NCBI GenBank assembly: GCA_035084275.1
Contig: CM068751.1
Span: forward strand, 7,502,001-7,566,000
Origin: Hydrolagus colliei
Taxonomy: Eukaryota
DNA: 64,000 bases
Direction: 5' to 3'
In this document: positions 36,252 to 49,524 of the stretch, piece by piece
Layout of the letters: each line of letters opens with the position of its first letter
Numbering within the stretch: position 1 is the stretch's first letter
Position numbers and translations under genes: made by a program
Notes under the pieces: model-generated
What the model was told of the DNA's origin: nothing
What the model saw: the letters and a program-made list of their open reading frames with translations, nothing else
Databases searched by the model: none

Positions 36252-36569
36252 TGTAGGATTTTCAATCCCAAATTGGCAAAGTCTGGATAAAGCTCACAAG
36301 CAAAACAGCTGTACATTGAAGTGGAAGGGGAAAAAAGGCTTTTTACAGTGTAGAAATGAAGGGGAGATATTATTGAATGCCACAAGACCTTAGGGGTGCA
36401 CTTTAACTGAAGGTAAGTAATATGCTTGACATAAACCAGCACAGAAACATTGGGCTGAATGGCCTTCTTCTGTGCTTACTTCTAAACCACTAACTCCACA
36501 AAGAGAACACAGACTTTCGCAAGTTCACAATCGATAAAGGAAGTAGAGAGAATATGGATTTTAGCTGTG

Positions 36570-36750
36570 TTATAAAGAGGGTGATGAATATATGAAAACA
36601 TTGTTCAAGAAGTCGGTGGAGGTGGAGAGCATTGGGAAGCTCAAGAAAGAGATAGATTTTTATTCTGGCAAAAGGCTCTTGGAGATCATTCTTGAAATCT
36701 GGGACTGGCCAGATAGAGTGAAACATTCTTTTCTAGTTCTGTACGTTCTT
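36570..36750 (+). mobile_element. CR1 LINE 3' fragment
   Basis: RVMNI...KKSVEVESIGKLKKEID resembles the CR1 ORF2 C-terminus; tail cattcttttctagttctgtacgttctt. Confidence 0.65.
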
Positions 36751-37867
36751 TTGTTTGAACTGTTTAAAAGCCAAATTTAGTAGTTTAACTTTATGATAGC
36801 TTTTTCTGGCAATGAATTGATCTCTTTCATCCAACTAAAGAAGATGGGTATTCAAGTCCCAAGCAGCCGAATCACTTGATCTTCTAAACTGCCAGCTTGG
36901 CTTTATTCCTCTTAGATTTTGAATAAGCCGTTCTGTTATATTCACCTGAAAGCCGAATAGTTGAACAATACACAAATGGCTGAAAAATCATGATAAAAAT
37001 TAGATTAGAGATTAAGTTAATCACCTCAGAAAATATTCAGCCCTTTACGCAGCTAGTCAGACACATCTTAGGGTTGTCGTAGCTATTATATTGGAGCTGA
37101 TCGTTTTACTCCTTCTTTGGTTCAACAATTGAATATGTAAGTAAGTGATACAATAGATTCTGACATGTAGCTGCTGTCTTTCCTCTTCACTGTATGCCTG
37201 GCCAAATACATTTTGATGCATGACTGTTGCCTTACTTCTCATTGCTAGTGAATTGATTTTATTGTACCTGAGGCACATACTTGAGATCTTTGGACATTAG
37301 GTTCACATGGTTTAGCAATGTAAATATGTGTTCACATAACCAAGTCTAGAAAATCAGTCAGCGCTACAGTGCTTGATGTTCACATAGTTAGCCAGTTATA
37401 ATAACTACAATACATTATCTATCTTTCTGTTGTCAGTGTCGTGTGGGACATTTCAGCTTCGTAACTACTTTAGGGTAACGTGGAGTAGAGTGAATGCTTT
37501 AAAAATGAACGTGGCCTGAAAAACATCACATATGATGTGATAATTGTCACCTAATTTTAAATTTACGATGATAGCCCGTGAAGCGGCACTCAGCTGCCAT
37601 AACGTGCAACAGCAACTGTGACGGTTTAAAATCTTCATTGCGTTGGGAGGATGCTTCAAAATGCTTCACAGGATGTGCTATAAAGTGTAGAGACTGTGTA
37701 TTTTGTTTTGCACTTCATCTTGAAGATTTTTCTGTGACTAAGTGAATTGCATAAAGTCCACAATAAGGTTAAGAGTAGATTGTCTGTGGGTGCAATAAGC
37801 CTGCTGCATTAAATTGCCTTTCCTCATATCATACTCTCTGATGGTCGCATGGATTAAAAGGGTTTGG

Positions 37868-38335
37868 GAACACAGGAAGAAGAGTAGGCCATTCAGCCCC
37901 TCAAGCCTATTCCACCACTCTATTAGATCATGACTGATCTGCAGCTTAACATCATTCAAATCAATCTGTCTGCCTTTTCTCCATTCGATACCGTTAACCT
38001 AACAAATATCTATCGACCTCAGACTTGAAAATTGCAATGGATCCAGCTTCCACAATATTTTGAGGGAGAGAATTCAAGATTTCCACTCCCCTTTGCATGA
38101 AAAAATGCTTCCTGGCTTCACTTCTAACTGTCCTAGCTCTTATTTTAAGATTACGTCTTGTGCTGGATTCCCCAACCAGAATAAAATCATTTCTCTGTAT
38201 CTATCCTATTGAGTCCCTTTATCATTTTAAACACCTCGATTAGGTCACCCTCAACCTCCTGAACTCTCGGGAAAGCAAGTTAAGTTAATGCAAACTAGCT
38301 TTGTATGTTAACCCCTTCATCCCCAGTATCATTTC
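37868..38335 (-). mobile_element. CR1 (HER1-like) LINE 3' fragment
   Basis: gagtaggccattcagcccctcaagcct tail, then ORF2 C-terminal blocks (ttccactccctttgcatgaaaaaatgcttcct; ttaaacacctcgattaggtcaccc, RGDLIEVFK on minus). Confidence 0.9.
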
Positions 38336-39289
38336 TTTCAAGTGTCTGTGGTTTCCATACTGTTGAGAACAAGATTCTCAAACTCATGTTGTATTCAAAA
38401 GCTATACTTGTTATTCAACCAGTAATAGAATTAAACAGTGATTTGCACTCCTCCCACTATACCAAAACACTGCTAGACAAAACAGTAATGGAAGACAGTT
38501 AAATCATTAAGCCAAAATTAATTTAGTTATGCAATAATAAGTGTATGTATTATGGAATGGAACTTAAACTAGGCCTATTATTATCAGTGAAGATATATTT
38601 GTACGCCAACTTGATAGTGTAAAATAAACTAAAGTTCATTACTATTGCTCAATTGGAACTACAGTGTATACTGAGATTTTTTCAAAAAACATGCAACATT
38701 CAATCTGAAGCTTTGAGCCTTTCTAATATTAAACAACATTGGGTTTCGGTTACAGACTATTTTCAAATGCATTCCTGTAAATGAAAGCAGTGAAGCTTAA
38801 CATTAAGTATAAAGTAAACTTTATTTTGATCGATCCATGTAAGTAAATGTTCTTTGAAATATTGAAACTTTTGTAACTCTTTCATTTTACTCTTGTCAGG
38901 AAGTCTAAAAGGCCGAACTTGCCAAAGAATTCACTACCAGCACATTGATAAAATCCTGTTCCAACAACTATAAGGTGCTTTCAAGACTCTGTGGAATGAG
39001 CCAGATTTTGGAAAGCTTTGACATTGGAAATGTTTGGCCCGTTCCTTGCTAAAAATGCTTTGAATCTTATAATCCTTGCATTTGCAATTCTGTCAACATT
39101 TCAATTTCATAGTCAAGCGGACCAAAGGTTCCTAACTGTGATTCTGGACTGAGGTTTAGCAACACAATCAGGTGTCCTTCAGCTGGAGAAGAAGAAATCA
39201 ATCAAGTTTCACGCTTCCAATTGCTCTCCAAATCCACCTCTCCTGGTGCAGTAGGTAAGAGCCAAGCTGTTAGTCAATTGGCAGTTCGT

Positions 39290-39489
39290 TTTTTTCGGAG
39301 GTAATAACCTCTCAAGAAAAATAATTATAATTTGGTGATTCAATCCATGACTGTTTGTGTGCAATTGGTTGCCACGTTTCACCCATAAAATATACATTCA
39401 ATTCACTTTACAGTATATTCTTTGAATTTCTTTGAGACGTTTCGAAGACATGATAAGGCGCTATGTCAAATACAAGGATTATTATTATT
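39290..39489 (+). mobile_element. SINE family A, 5'-truncated
   Basis: ttcaatccatgactgtttgtg...gagacgtttcgaagacatgataaggcgctat...aaggattattattatt. Confidence 0.88.
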
Positions 39490-42065
39490 GCTGCTAGAAA
39501 ATGTCTGTGTCTGGATGTTGGGCATGGGGGTGAGAATGTTGACAAATATGAATGTTGATTCACCGAACAAGATTGTCATGCTCAATCATCACGCTACTTA
39601 AATCTTCAGACAGTTACAATAGCAGCATCCATCCAAATGGATGTTTCTGATCTCATCATACAACTATAAATTTAATCTGTCCGAGAGGCATTTAAAAATA
39701 ATTTCCTGTAGATGACAGCAACTATCATGTAAGTGTTTGTTTTTCCAAAGCATTTCCAGAAACACATCAGCTGTGTTAGGGTAATTCATGATGAGAACAT
39801 AACCCTTCATGCCCCCAATAAACCACATCTACACTCTTGGCCAAACTTAGTTATTATTATTGATACTGATGTCATCAGTCTGCGAGCCAGTATAGATTTG
39901 ATGAGCCAAATGCCACTTTCGCTGCGATAGATTTCTATGTCTCCATGTATATGAACGATAGAGGCTTGAACTGGATAGGACAACGCAGTGGGATTGACTG
40001 AACACCTTGCTCTGAGACTCTGCGATGGAACTGAATGGCCCCCTTCGGCACTTGTAAGATCACAAAGAATTATCGCAAGTGTTACCTCCATTAAAGGGCA
40101 GTAGCTTTAATGGAGATGAAACATTTCCAGTGTAATTGAAAGGTTACATGAACTAATATCATTCTATGAATACTAACTGAAAATCTCAGTAACTTTCATT
40201 CAGAACATTTGTATTTTAATAACTGATATGGATGGATTTGATAGCATAAAGGTAATTTCTCCCTTGTTTTTGCCAGTATAAGACCCTAAAAGGTAACGTG
40301 ATGATAATATAATATGAGATGTCCTGAAATTTATTTTGTAATGATAATAAGAGCCTTCTGCATTTCATGGAGTCATGCGGCCCTAAAATCTTTCACGTCA
40401 TTCCAGTTAATTGTTTAACTCTGAACCCGGTAGCTAGTAGTTAAAGAACTTCTCTGTGTGCTTCCCCGTGCTATTTGGCAAAGAAAGCTGCAGTTCCCTG
40501 ACTGAAAGACGCTCATCAAAAATTCACAAGGGCCAATATTCTGTGAAGATGTGCAATCGCAATATAAATATTTAAAAATGTTGGGAAAAGGCAAGCACAC
40601 ATTGGAGCCAGTGGAAATGTTGGTCAAACTACATTGAACCTTTCCACACAATCAGGAAAATTAACATTGCTTCTTACCCTTTAATGAAACAAATATACTG
40701 CGACATACGCCTTGCCGAACACTGCCAGGGATTGTTTTAGTGGATCTGGATCAATTGAAGAGGATGCGTATATTGGCCGTATATAGCTGTTTTTAGTTTT
40801 TCTATTATTATAATAGCCCTGATGGACTCCTGATTTCTTTAGCAGTTATAGCTTTCTGTATGTGGGTAAATTGGCCCAGTGCTGTTTTTAGTTACTCATT
40901 CAAATATTCATAGGAAACCAAGGCTGCAGTTTTGTCTCTGGTAACAACTTCAGTTTCTGCTCCTGTCGAGTTCACCCTTGTGGACTCTTTGCTCCTGTAC
41001 CAATTGGTTGCTATATGGTCATGTGTGACATTCCGAGTTAATGGAGCCTCCGTGGGACTAGTTGGAGGCAGCATGTTCTACCTTTTATCTCTGCCTGGCT
41101 GGATATTGAAAATAATGACAGAAGACAGTTATGGATCATCAAAAAAGCCAACGCGATGATCAAACTCATATCAAACACGCCTGTGCTGCCAGAGCAAGAG
41201 CTTAAATATTTTAAGCCATGGGGCCATCTCACATCTCGAGAGTCTCTAGCTGGTCATGTTTTCGTACAAATATTTACTTAAACAATATTGTATTTTAACA
41301 CTGTAATGAATCTAGGTGTAATTTCATGTAATACGTCTTCTCCAAGTCTGTGACATCTCGCTGCACGGGTTGTGGGGTGGGGGAATTGCTTATGAAGCGT
41401 TTCCATGATGTTTTATTAAGAGTTCAGTAAAAAAAAACTGTCACTCACTGAACAAACACAAATGTCTGTTGTGGCTAGAGTGAACTGCGACATGAAAATA
41501 CAATTGCTATCATGCTGCTGCTGATATGAGTATACGCGCACTGTAATAACCTAGCAGGCTGTATACTGTAGAGCTAAGTATTTGAATTCCCTGAGCTCGA
41601 TGACTCAATTTTCAATTGGATTCTGTTGAATAGCAGGGTCCTTCGCAGTCTGCTGTGAATAAGCATGGCAGATGGGCCTTATTCCTTACTCACACTTTGC
41701 CAATTTAACGGTTCGAGATGATAAGAAAATGTGTGGGCAGGAGGATAAATGTTGAAGGAGATGTGATGATGGAAAATGACTTCAATGCACCATAGGACAT
41801 TTCTGTGTTTGATATTTAGCGTTTCACACACAGTGTAAGAGTTTGGACATGTAGTTATCATACATTGAATGTGTCCCAGTCCTTGTGACGCCCTCCTGAT
41901 ATGAAAGTAGCTGTAGAGGATATGAATATAAAGTTCCAGTGATTTAATTATATTTGTTAACCTATTCGTTATATTTGTTAATTTTTGTCCCCTCCTATGC
42001 CCTATCAACTCAAGGTCCTGACATCTGGACTTTGAGTACATAGGAGGCAGGAGGAAATAATACAG

Positions 42066-42199
42066 TAATATAATAATAAGAATAATTCTTGCATTTTGAT
42101 ATAGCACTTTTCATGTCTTCTAGACGTCTCAAAGCGCTTCACTGAATATACTGTAAAGTGAATTGACTGTATATCTGTGGGCGAAACACGGCAGTCAAT
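42066..42199 (-). mobile_element. SINE family A, 3' fragment
   Basis: Reverse family A tail with tagacgtctcaaagcgcttcac. Confidence 0.9.
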
Positions 42200-42239
42200 T
42201 TAATGTTTAAATTACAACATTGAAACAATGCTTGCAGAG

Positions 42240-42540
42240 ACAAAGTGATGGTGGTTGGTTAAGAAGAACTCGAACCAGGTGCGACCGAATGCAGTCCCAC
42301 TGAGGTTGATGAGGGAGGAGAGGTAATGAATGTACCAGAAAGATCCAGGAAGACAGTGAGGCAGAGGAAGCCTTGGTCACACAGAGAGCGAGCATGTCAC
42401 TTTGTGACTTTGACGAAAGCTGTTTCCATGCTGTGGGCAGGACAAAAACCAAACTGGAGAGTAGGGAGTGGAGAGAGAGGCGTGAATGAAGTTGATTTGC
42501 AACAATACGTTGTAGAATTTTGGCAAGGAAGTTAGAAAGG
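42240..42540 (-). mobile_element. L2-type reverse transcriptase relic (frameshifted)
   Basis: FLAKILQRIVANQL...(SGF)xPAHSMETAFVKVT..DML...VFLDLS across shifting frames; non-LTR RT N-terminal motifs. Confidence 0.75.
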
Positions 42541-44045
42541 CAATTGCACCTCATAAAACCAGTACTATAGGTCGTGCAATTGCATCAGTGACGAACGTGA
42601 GCATATGTTTCAAGATGAGCTCATTCTAGGCAAGTTTGCAGTTTGTGGGCAGTGCAACCTTTATGAATTGTGCTAACCGTTCAGCACATGGACAGGATCA
42701 GCATAATTTAAGATCACCAATTTGCAGGAACTGTTTAATCATAGCATTAAATCAAGTGAACTAACTCACGGGTGTCAGTTTGAAATATACGCATTCAATT
42801 TTATTGCAGGTTTATTCAAAATACATTGCTCCATCCATCTAAATACGCTTGATTTGAATTCTGCCTCATTTAGTCTAATCCTGTGCTTGTTAAAATTTTG
42901 TATTTAAAACAGTCCTCACATGACAGTCTGGAGCCAGAGCAATAAACAACTAAATACTTGTCACACTTCATCTTGGATAACGTCTCAGAGCGCTTCACAA
43001 AGATTAAGTTCAGATGGATTTGAAAGATTTGCCTCAGTTATATTATGTAAAGTAGGTTGCAAATGTTAACAATGGTCATAATACATCTTAATAATTGGAA
43101 TAAACAAAGGCATTTATAATAAGAGTAGAATACGTTGTACAAAAATAATTTTGGAACAGCACATAGACTTGATGTCTTCCTCCTTGCCTTAGTCCCTGAA
43201 TTCACATCAATTCTAATTACTATTTACAACTAGGACAGTACAATTTGGAATACTGAAATAGTCTGATCATCCACAGCAATAGTAATGAGCCTTAAGCACT
43301 GAGACGTTTCCTTTTATCGTGTGTAGGATGGATGGTGCGGGATGGAAGTAGCTTGCTCAAATCAAGGACATTATTTTTCTTCTCTGCCAGAGGCAAAATC
43401 TGAGCGTTCAATACGAAGACCAGGTCTGAGAACCAAAATGCATATGATTAGGCGCTGTCATGTTCATTGGGGCCCTTTCCTCTCTGACATTCTGGAGTAT
43501 GGAAACATAAAAGGAAAGAGAAAAGCTTGCAATAGGTTGCCGGCAAGAGAATTGAAAAGTTGCCAGGGGCTAGAGCCTTGGGTTTAGTTCCTAGATCACA
43601 AACGTCTGGCTTCCTGTTGTCTGTAGTGGCGAAAAAAATTGGTCCTTGACTGACTCTATCTACTCTGACAGATCAAGTCTGCCATCTCCTGGTGCAGTAC
43701 TCGGCAGAAATGGAGCTCGATTTCAGGGAAAGCAGAATACATTTGCTTCAAAAGGATTCATGATTCAATGCAAATTCTTTAAATGAAATTAGCGAATATA
43801 TACTGCAGTGTTCTCATCCTCAAGACGACCACTAAAATAATGCCTTTAAACTGCTAAAATGTTGCATTTACTAACCAAATGTTTATGTCATTCAGGTGTA
43901 AAAAGTCAAAGAGGATTGCAGTAATTCTGCTGTTGCTTCCAGTGCAAATTTCATGAAATTGTGTCATACCTTCTCACCAGTTGAGGCTTTTTAGTGGCTA
44001 CAACTTCTTCTGTCCCACCTCTCTATCTTCACACCTTACAAAGAT

Positions 44046-44336
44046 GGAGTCCTGTAGCTCAGCGGTTAGAGCACTTGCCTTATAAGCGTGAGACCTGTGT
44101 TTGAATCCAGGCAGGTCAGGGCGAAACCTTGGGCAAGTTTCCTTACTCCACACGCCTAAAAATAATCCCTAAAAAAACAACAATAAAATTGGTCATTTTA
44201 ATCAACGACTGTTTGTGGGACACTGCTGTGCATAATTGCCTGCTGCGTTTTGCCCCCAAATATATAGTCAATTCACTTTACTGTAAAGTCTAGAAGCCGT
44301 AAAAAGCGCTATATTAGATGCAAGAATTATTATTAT
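44046..44336 (+). mobile_element. SINE family A, full length (small 3' deletion)
   Basis: ggagtcctgtagctcagcggttagagcac head; colinear with 4604-4920. Confidence 0.93.
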
Positions 44337-44782
44337 GAAGGATTTCTGCATCAAGCTCAAGAGTGGAATCGATTTTGAGATCTTCAGGATGATGAGGACC
44401 CACAAAGTGCTCCTATCCTATCCCATCCGTGACTGATCAGTCAGGTGTGAAAGTGTGTTAAAAAAAGGACAAATAGCATTGCAGCTCCAAGGGTTGGTAC
44501 CCTAAAACTTGTCAGATACTGTGCCTCTCTGCGCCATCTCAGAAATGTTATGGCCGCTTCTAATCTTCAGATTACCAGTTTAAAGTTTTATTACAAAACT
44601 TTGGCAAGATTCACACAATTACACCGTGCTTTGAGATGGTATCTTATGCGAGGCCACTATACAAAGTTATGTTAATATAAATACTATGCGCGAATGTAAT
44701 ATATAATATACAGTCACAACTCTTTATATGCCATGAAACACTTTGGGATATCGTCCAGATGTAAAAAGCACAGTACCAAATG

Positions 44783-45126
44783 TATAGCGCCTTTCACGTC
44801 AGGAGGACATCCCGAGGCACTGGACAGTCAGTGTTTCAGATCCGAGCTGGGAACAGGGAGGGTGGAGGGAAAGTGGGGGATTTGGGGTGACCGATGGGAC
44901 CATCGAAGAGGAGGGTCTTGAGGTGGGATTTGAAGGAGGCCAGTGAGGGGGCAAGGTGGAGGTACTGTGGGATAGAGTTCCAAAGGTTGGGGGCAGAGCG
45001 GCTAAAGGCTTGCCCGCCAATGGTGGGGCAGGGGGACATGGAGCAGGCCAGAGCCTGTGCTGAACAGAGAGGGCAGGCAGGAGATTAGGAGGTCACAGAT
45101 GTAGGGTGGGGCGAGGCCGTGGAGGA
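44783..45126 (-). mobile_element. L2 LINE 3' fragment encoding the ORF2 C-terminus
   Basis: ORF 44836..45039 GGQAFSRSAPNLWNSIPQYLHLAPSLASFKSHLKTLLF is the canonical L2 C-terminal motif, followed by the stem-loop tail. Confidence 0.93.
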
Positions 45127-45849
45127 CGGATTATTTATTAGCAGAATGGAAGCACAGCAGTAACAAAAAAACTAATATAACTGTTGTGAAAGGTCTTTCC
45201 TGCAACTGTCTTCAAATTTTAAAGTGAGAACTTCAAGAATATGTTATCTTCGAAAAAAATTATCTTAGAAAATAAAGGAAAATAACTACAGTATAATTAA
45301 GTCGGGTTGAAAACTGATTTAACTCTGAACAATACTATCACATCTAAACAAATAGACGTGACTGGAAATGGCAACAATGGAAGCAATGAACTGATATAGA
45401 ACAGCATGGGAATGATGTGTAGGAGAACATGCGATGATGGAGTGAAAAACATGTTCTTAATGGAACAAAAATGCTAGACCTCAAGTAACTAATTATAATA
45501 TGTTCCCCCAATGGGAACTTTTATCTTTCCAGGACTTCAAGATATTAAAATTTACAGTCTAATACCAGTGAGATGACTTTATCTGTGTTTCTATAATTAT
45601 TTCAAGTTGATCATATTTCTTTTGGCAAATTACTTTACTTTAATTGCTATAATCTAATTGCCCATATTTCTATTTCTCAATCATTCTGAGTTTAAATAAA
45701 TTAATGTTCAGTTAAAGTTGCTTAATGACCAAAAGAAATTATTTTGAAATATTACAATCAATCTGTGGAATGTGATACTTTACCTTTAACCTATTTATTC
45801 TTTTCACAGTATTGCTGGACAGAAACATTGTCAACAGTTTTGCGTATTA

Positions 45850-46165
45850 TAATAATAATAATAATAATAATCCTTGAATTTTATTTTGTGCTTTTCATGT
45901 CTTCTAGATGTCTCAAAGCATTTTACAGAATATACTGTAAAGCTAATTGACTGTACACTTGTGGGCACAACACAACAGCCAATTGCATACAGCACTGTCC
46001 CACAAACAGTCGTGGAGTGAAATGATCAATTTAATCATAGTTTTTTTGAGGGATTATTATTAAGCATGTGGAGTAAGGAAACTTGCCCAAGGTTTTGCCC
46101 TGACCTGCCTGGATTCGAACACAGGTGGCACGCTTGTAAGGCTCTAATCACTGAGCTGCAGGACT
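45850..46165 (-). mobile_element. SINE family A, near full length
   Basis: Tail (aat)n through to the head gtcctgcagctcagtg; box B gttcgaatcc on minus. Confidence 0.92.
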
Positions 46166-46180
46166 ACACAATAATTAATA

Positions 46181-46688
46181 CAGATAGACCACGCTTAATG
46201 TTGATTCAGTCAACGTTGTTTGGTTAATACATTGCTGATACATAGGGGAACATATATCCATTTAACATCGCAACGTTCAATATGACATCATTCACCAGCG
46301 GGCGGAAACAAATTACTTTTCACATATAGACGCTGAACGTCCAGTATTCTTACGCAGTGTCCATCCTGATCCTGCCCTTTCGTCCCGATAACTCCACCAC
46401 TCGCCCCTCCACCCCAACTCACGTCTATAAGCAAGCTCCACAACTAGCTCATGTGAGTGTTATGTTATTTAAATTTATATACAGTATTTTTATATTTGAC
46501 ATTTATAAAAATGTACATGTATTTCAACATATAATTTTTTTTAGCAAATTTTGACGAAAAATATTCAAGAGAACCTAACTCCAGTTTCTACATTAATTCT
46601 TATGGGAAAAATGTGTTCGCTTAATGTTGTTTCGCTTAAAATCGCACTTTTCAAGAACACAATTACGGCGTTAAACGAGGAATAATTG
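46181..46688. mobile_element. Tigger/pogo-like non-autonomous DNA transposon
   Basis: TA at 46179-46180 and 46689-46690; imperfect TIRs CAGATAGACCACGCTTAATGTTG and CAATTATTCCTCGTTTAACGCCG; subterminal cgcttaa repeats and a Tigger-like attcttatgggaaaa block. Confidence 0.7.
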
Positions 46689-47080
46689 TAGTGTAATTTA
46701 CTGCCACCTAGCTTACAAATTCCAAATAGCACTTTACAACCTAATACAGCAAACCCCAAATGAGTTTATCTGAAAATAGCACAAATATACGAGTAATAAA
46801 CTGTGACATATTGAATGCAGAATATCTTTTAGTCACTGTCAGTCCCTGCCACAAGTATCACAGATATTTATTGAAACTAATTGTATCATTATAATCCACA
46901 CAGAAATAAAATAGACTTTTATGTAGCACCCTGAGATGTTAGTCTATATGGCTGAATGGACTACTATCACTATATAAATGCAAGGTATTATTGTCCGGCC
47001 ATACTCTTATCGAGCTTGTTTCAAGGTTGTTAGCACTTTATAGTTTTGCAAACTTTCTCTCAGAATAGTTTATGTGCATT

Positions 47081-47099
47081 TCACCACTAGGTGGCATTT
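47081..47099 (+). promoter_or_regulatory. Candidate CTCF-binding motif
   Basis: tcaCCACTAGGTGGCattt matches the CTCF core CCACYAGGKGGC. Confidence 0.45.
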
Positions 47100-47769
47100 A
47101 GTTGTAGCTGCAAATCTTTGGAGGGGTATGTATGTGTTTTTAAATGGTTTCTGTAAACTTGAACTGGAACGATTCTGAAAGCCTCAATGAGGATAAGAAA
47201 GCCCTATGGGATGCTACTGAATGCCGCTATATAAATGCAAGTTGTTGTTGTTGTTATTTATTATAAGCAATATTTATGTGCTGTAGAGTAGTGAACAGAC
47301 GGAATAGAACATTGTAGAACATTGTACAAGAAAGGAGGCTTGGATTGAATAGAGAAGATTTGGAGATAAGCGAATATATTCTTTGAGTGTTTGCTTCATT
47401 TCCCTTTGGCTCAGCGAGTTTCCATATTGAACATTCCTTGGGAGATCAGTAGATTGAAGGAAATCCATTATAGAGTAGGTTTTTCATGATCTGTGGTGGT
47501 AATATTTTTGTTGAGGCACATTACATTAACTAAGTCTGTGATGTATGTTCTTCAGCAGTGATTTCCTTTGACATGATGTTCCTAATGTATACGCCTCCTA
47601 ATCCATAAATCATTGAAACAACCCCCAAAATAAGATAAATAAAGAGGCAGAGAATTGGGGAAACAACATGCTGCCTGTGAACAGACATTGGGACGTTAAA
47701 TAACCTTGTGCACGTTCTGTATTTTCAACTAAAGTCTGTTTAGATTCTACACTCTAACTTTTAAAAATC

Positions 47770-47992
47770 CCCCTATCTAGCACCCCTCCCAACCCCATAT
47801 CAGTCTTTAAGTCTCACTTTAAAACCGACCTCTTCAACCGCAAGTGGTCCACCTCCCTCTTTTGTACGGTATTGATGTGATCGATAATTACCTTCATTGA
47901 TAGGCACCACCTTACTCCCATTACACGCCATTGTGATCTAAGAAAACAACTTAACATCTTTTTGAATGAAAAGCACTCTGCAAATGTAAGTT
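47770..47992 (+). mobile_element. Old L2 3' fragment
   Basis: ctttaagtctcactttaaaaccgacctcttc (FKSxLKTxLF-like) and tail tgaaaagcactctgcaaatgtaagtt. Confidence 0.55.
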
Positions 47993-49492
47993 TCTCTATA
48001 CGACGTGTTCCTTCTAGATTACCAGAGAGTCATTGCTCTGATAGCTCACAGTTCCCCATTATTAAACTGCATCTAAAAGGGTAATACATATACTGACAGT
48101 TAGGACTGTCAGATGGTTCCTTTTCTGAATAAAGTGATGATTTTTTTTCAGATTAATCCGCAAAAATAAACGGTCCAATAGTCATTTGAATAAACAATTC
48201 AATCTTCTCCATAGACGATCTTACAGTTCCTGCAGCTCAGATGTACATTAACGTGAGCACTGACAAGATGGTGAGCAGTCTTTGATCTCAGCATGTGTGT
48301 AGTTTTTTTTTGTGACAAGACATCAGCAAATCACACTTGTAGCCAAAGCTTCCAAGGAATCCAACAAGCTATAATTAACACAGCGGATATGATCTTTGAG
48401 AAGGAACCTGGGTTGAACTCATGCACAGCAATTTGTGTACAATTTTTCCCTTCCATGAATTTTTCATTTTGATAAAAGCTTCATGTTCTGAAACCCAAGG
48501 AAGCTACATTTTGGTATTCCAGGGTCCCTGTGAGTTCTACTGCGATGTTACAATGCAATAGGTTGTACCATTCGGAAGCAAAATATATATTCATCCTTTC
48601 ACCCATTTGAGGTTGATCCTCCAAATACTGGATCTAGCAATACTGCATCTTTCAATTGATTGCGAGGAGATAGGCCTCCCTAAGCCAGGGAGATCTAGAT
48701 TAATGGTAACCAATGTTGATGGCTTACCAGCCTGTGTGGCTCATGAACGAGACTTGGAAGTTTAGACATATCCTCAGCATAGAAATGTAATTATTCTTTA
48801 TGGGGTAGGTAGCCCTTGTACATTAAGTGCTGTGGAAATTTACCAGCTGCCATTAAGTTTATCCTGTTAGCAGGCAGATGTTACACGATGCTCAAAAATA
48901 ATACAGCGTAGGCTTCTGTTAATTTCCTCAGATTGAAACAGTAGCATAATTTTTGCCCAAGAGAGAAAATATTCCATCGAACAAAATAACTCCGCAAATG
49001 TTGATGTGATAAGTGGAATCTGCAATAAAATGTCACATTTTCAACCCAATTTGCTTATATTAGGAGTTAGCCAGATATTTGCTTATTTAATTTAGGTACA
49101 CAACATATCATCATTATAAAAGGGTTTTATTGTCATTGTAACCGAAAGTTGCTTTTAATATGACTCTTAAATCTCATGTTCAGATTCCATCAAAGTAATT
49201 GATGCTTGCACCAATCCACTGAAGTAGCCTTTTTGGTGATACTTTTGAAAAGGGACAACAATTCTTTGAACTTTCCCAGTGAAATTTGGCAAGGCTGACA
49301 GCGATATGAGACTCAACAGATGGATATGGTGGGATGTGTGTGGTTTTGATAAAGATGTGATAAAAAATAACACTGAATAATTATTGTATCTATGCATCAC
49401 ACAAGGTTGCCTGGAACAATTTCAGAAAGGAAAGGTGTGGATTCATGTATACTTCCTGTATCTGTGAAAAAAAACTCACGTGTGATTACGTT

Positions 49493-49524
49493 TGATTGAT
49501 TGTCAATGATTTGATTGACTGTCA
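49493..49524. promoter_or_regulatory. Clustered Pbx-Hox / Meis-type motifs
   Basis: TGATTGAT 49493-49500, TGTCA 49501-49505, TGATTGAC 49512-49519, CTGTCA 49519-49524. Confidence 0.35.

Noticed and set aside
40892-41100. Ser/Thr-rich minus ORF near an acceptor-like site
   Set aside because: All frames from the acceptor at ~41101 hit stops and the peptide is unrecognisable
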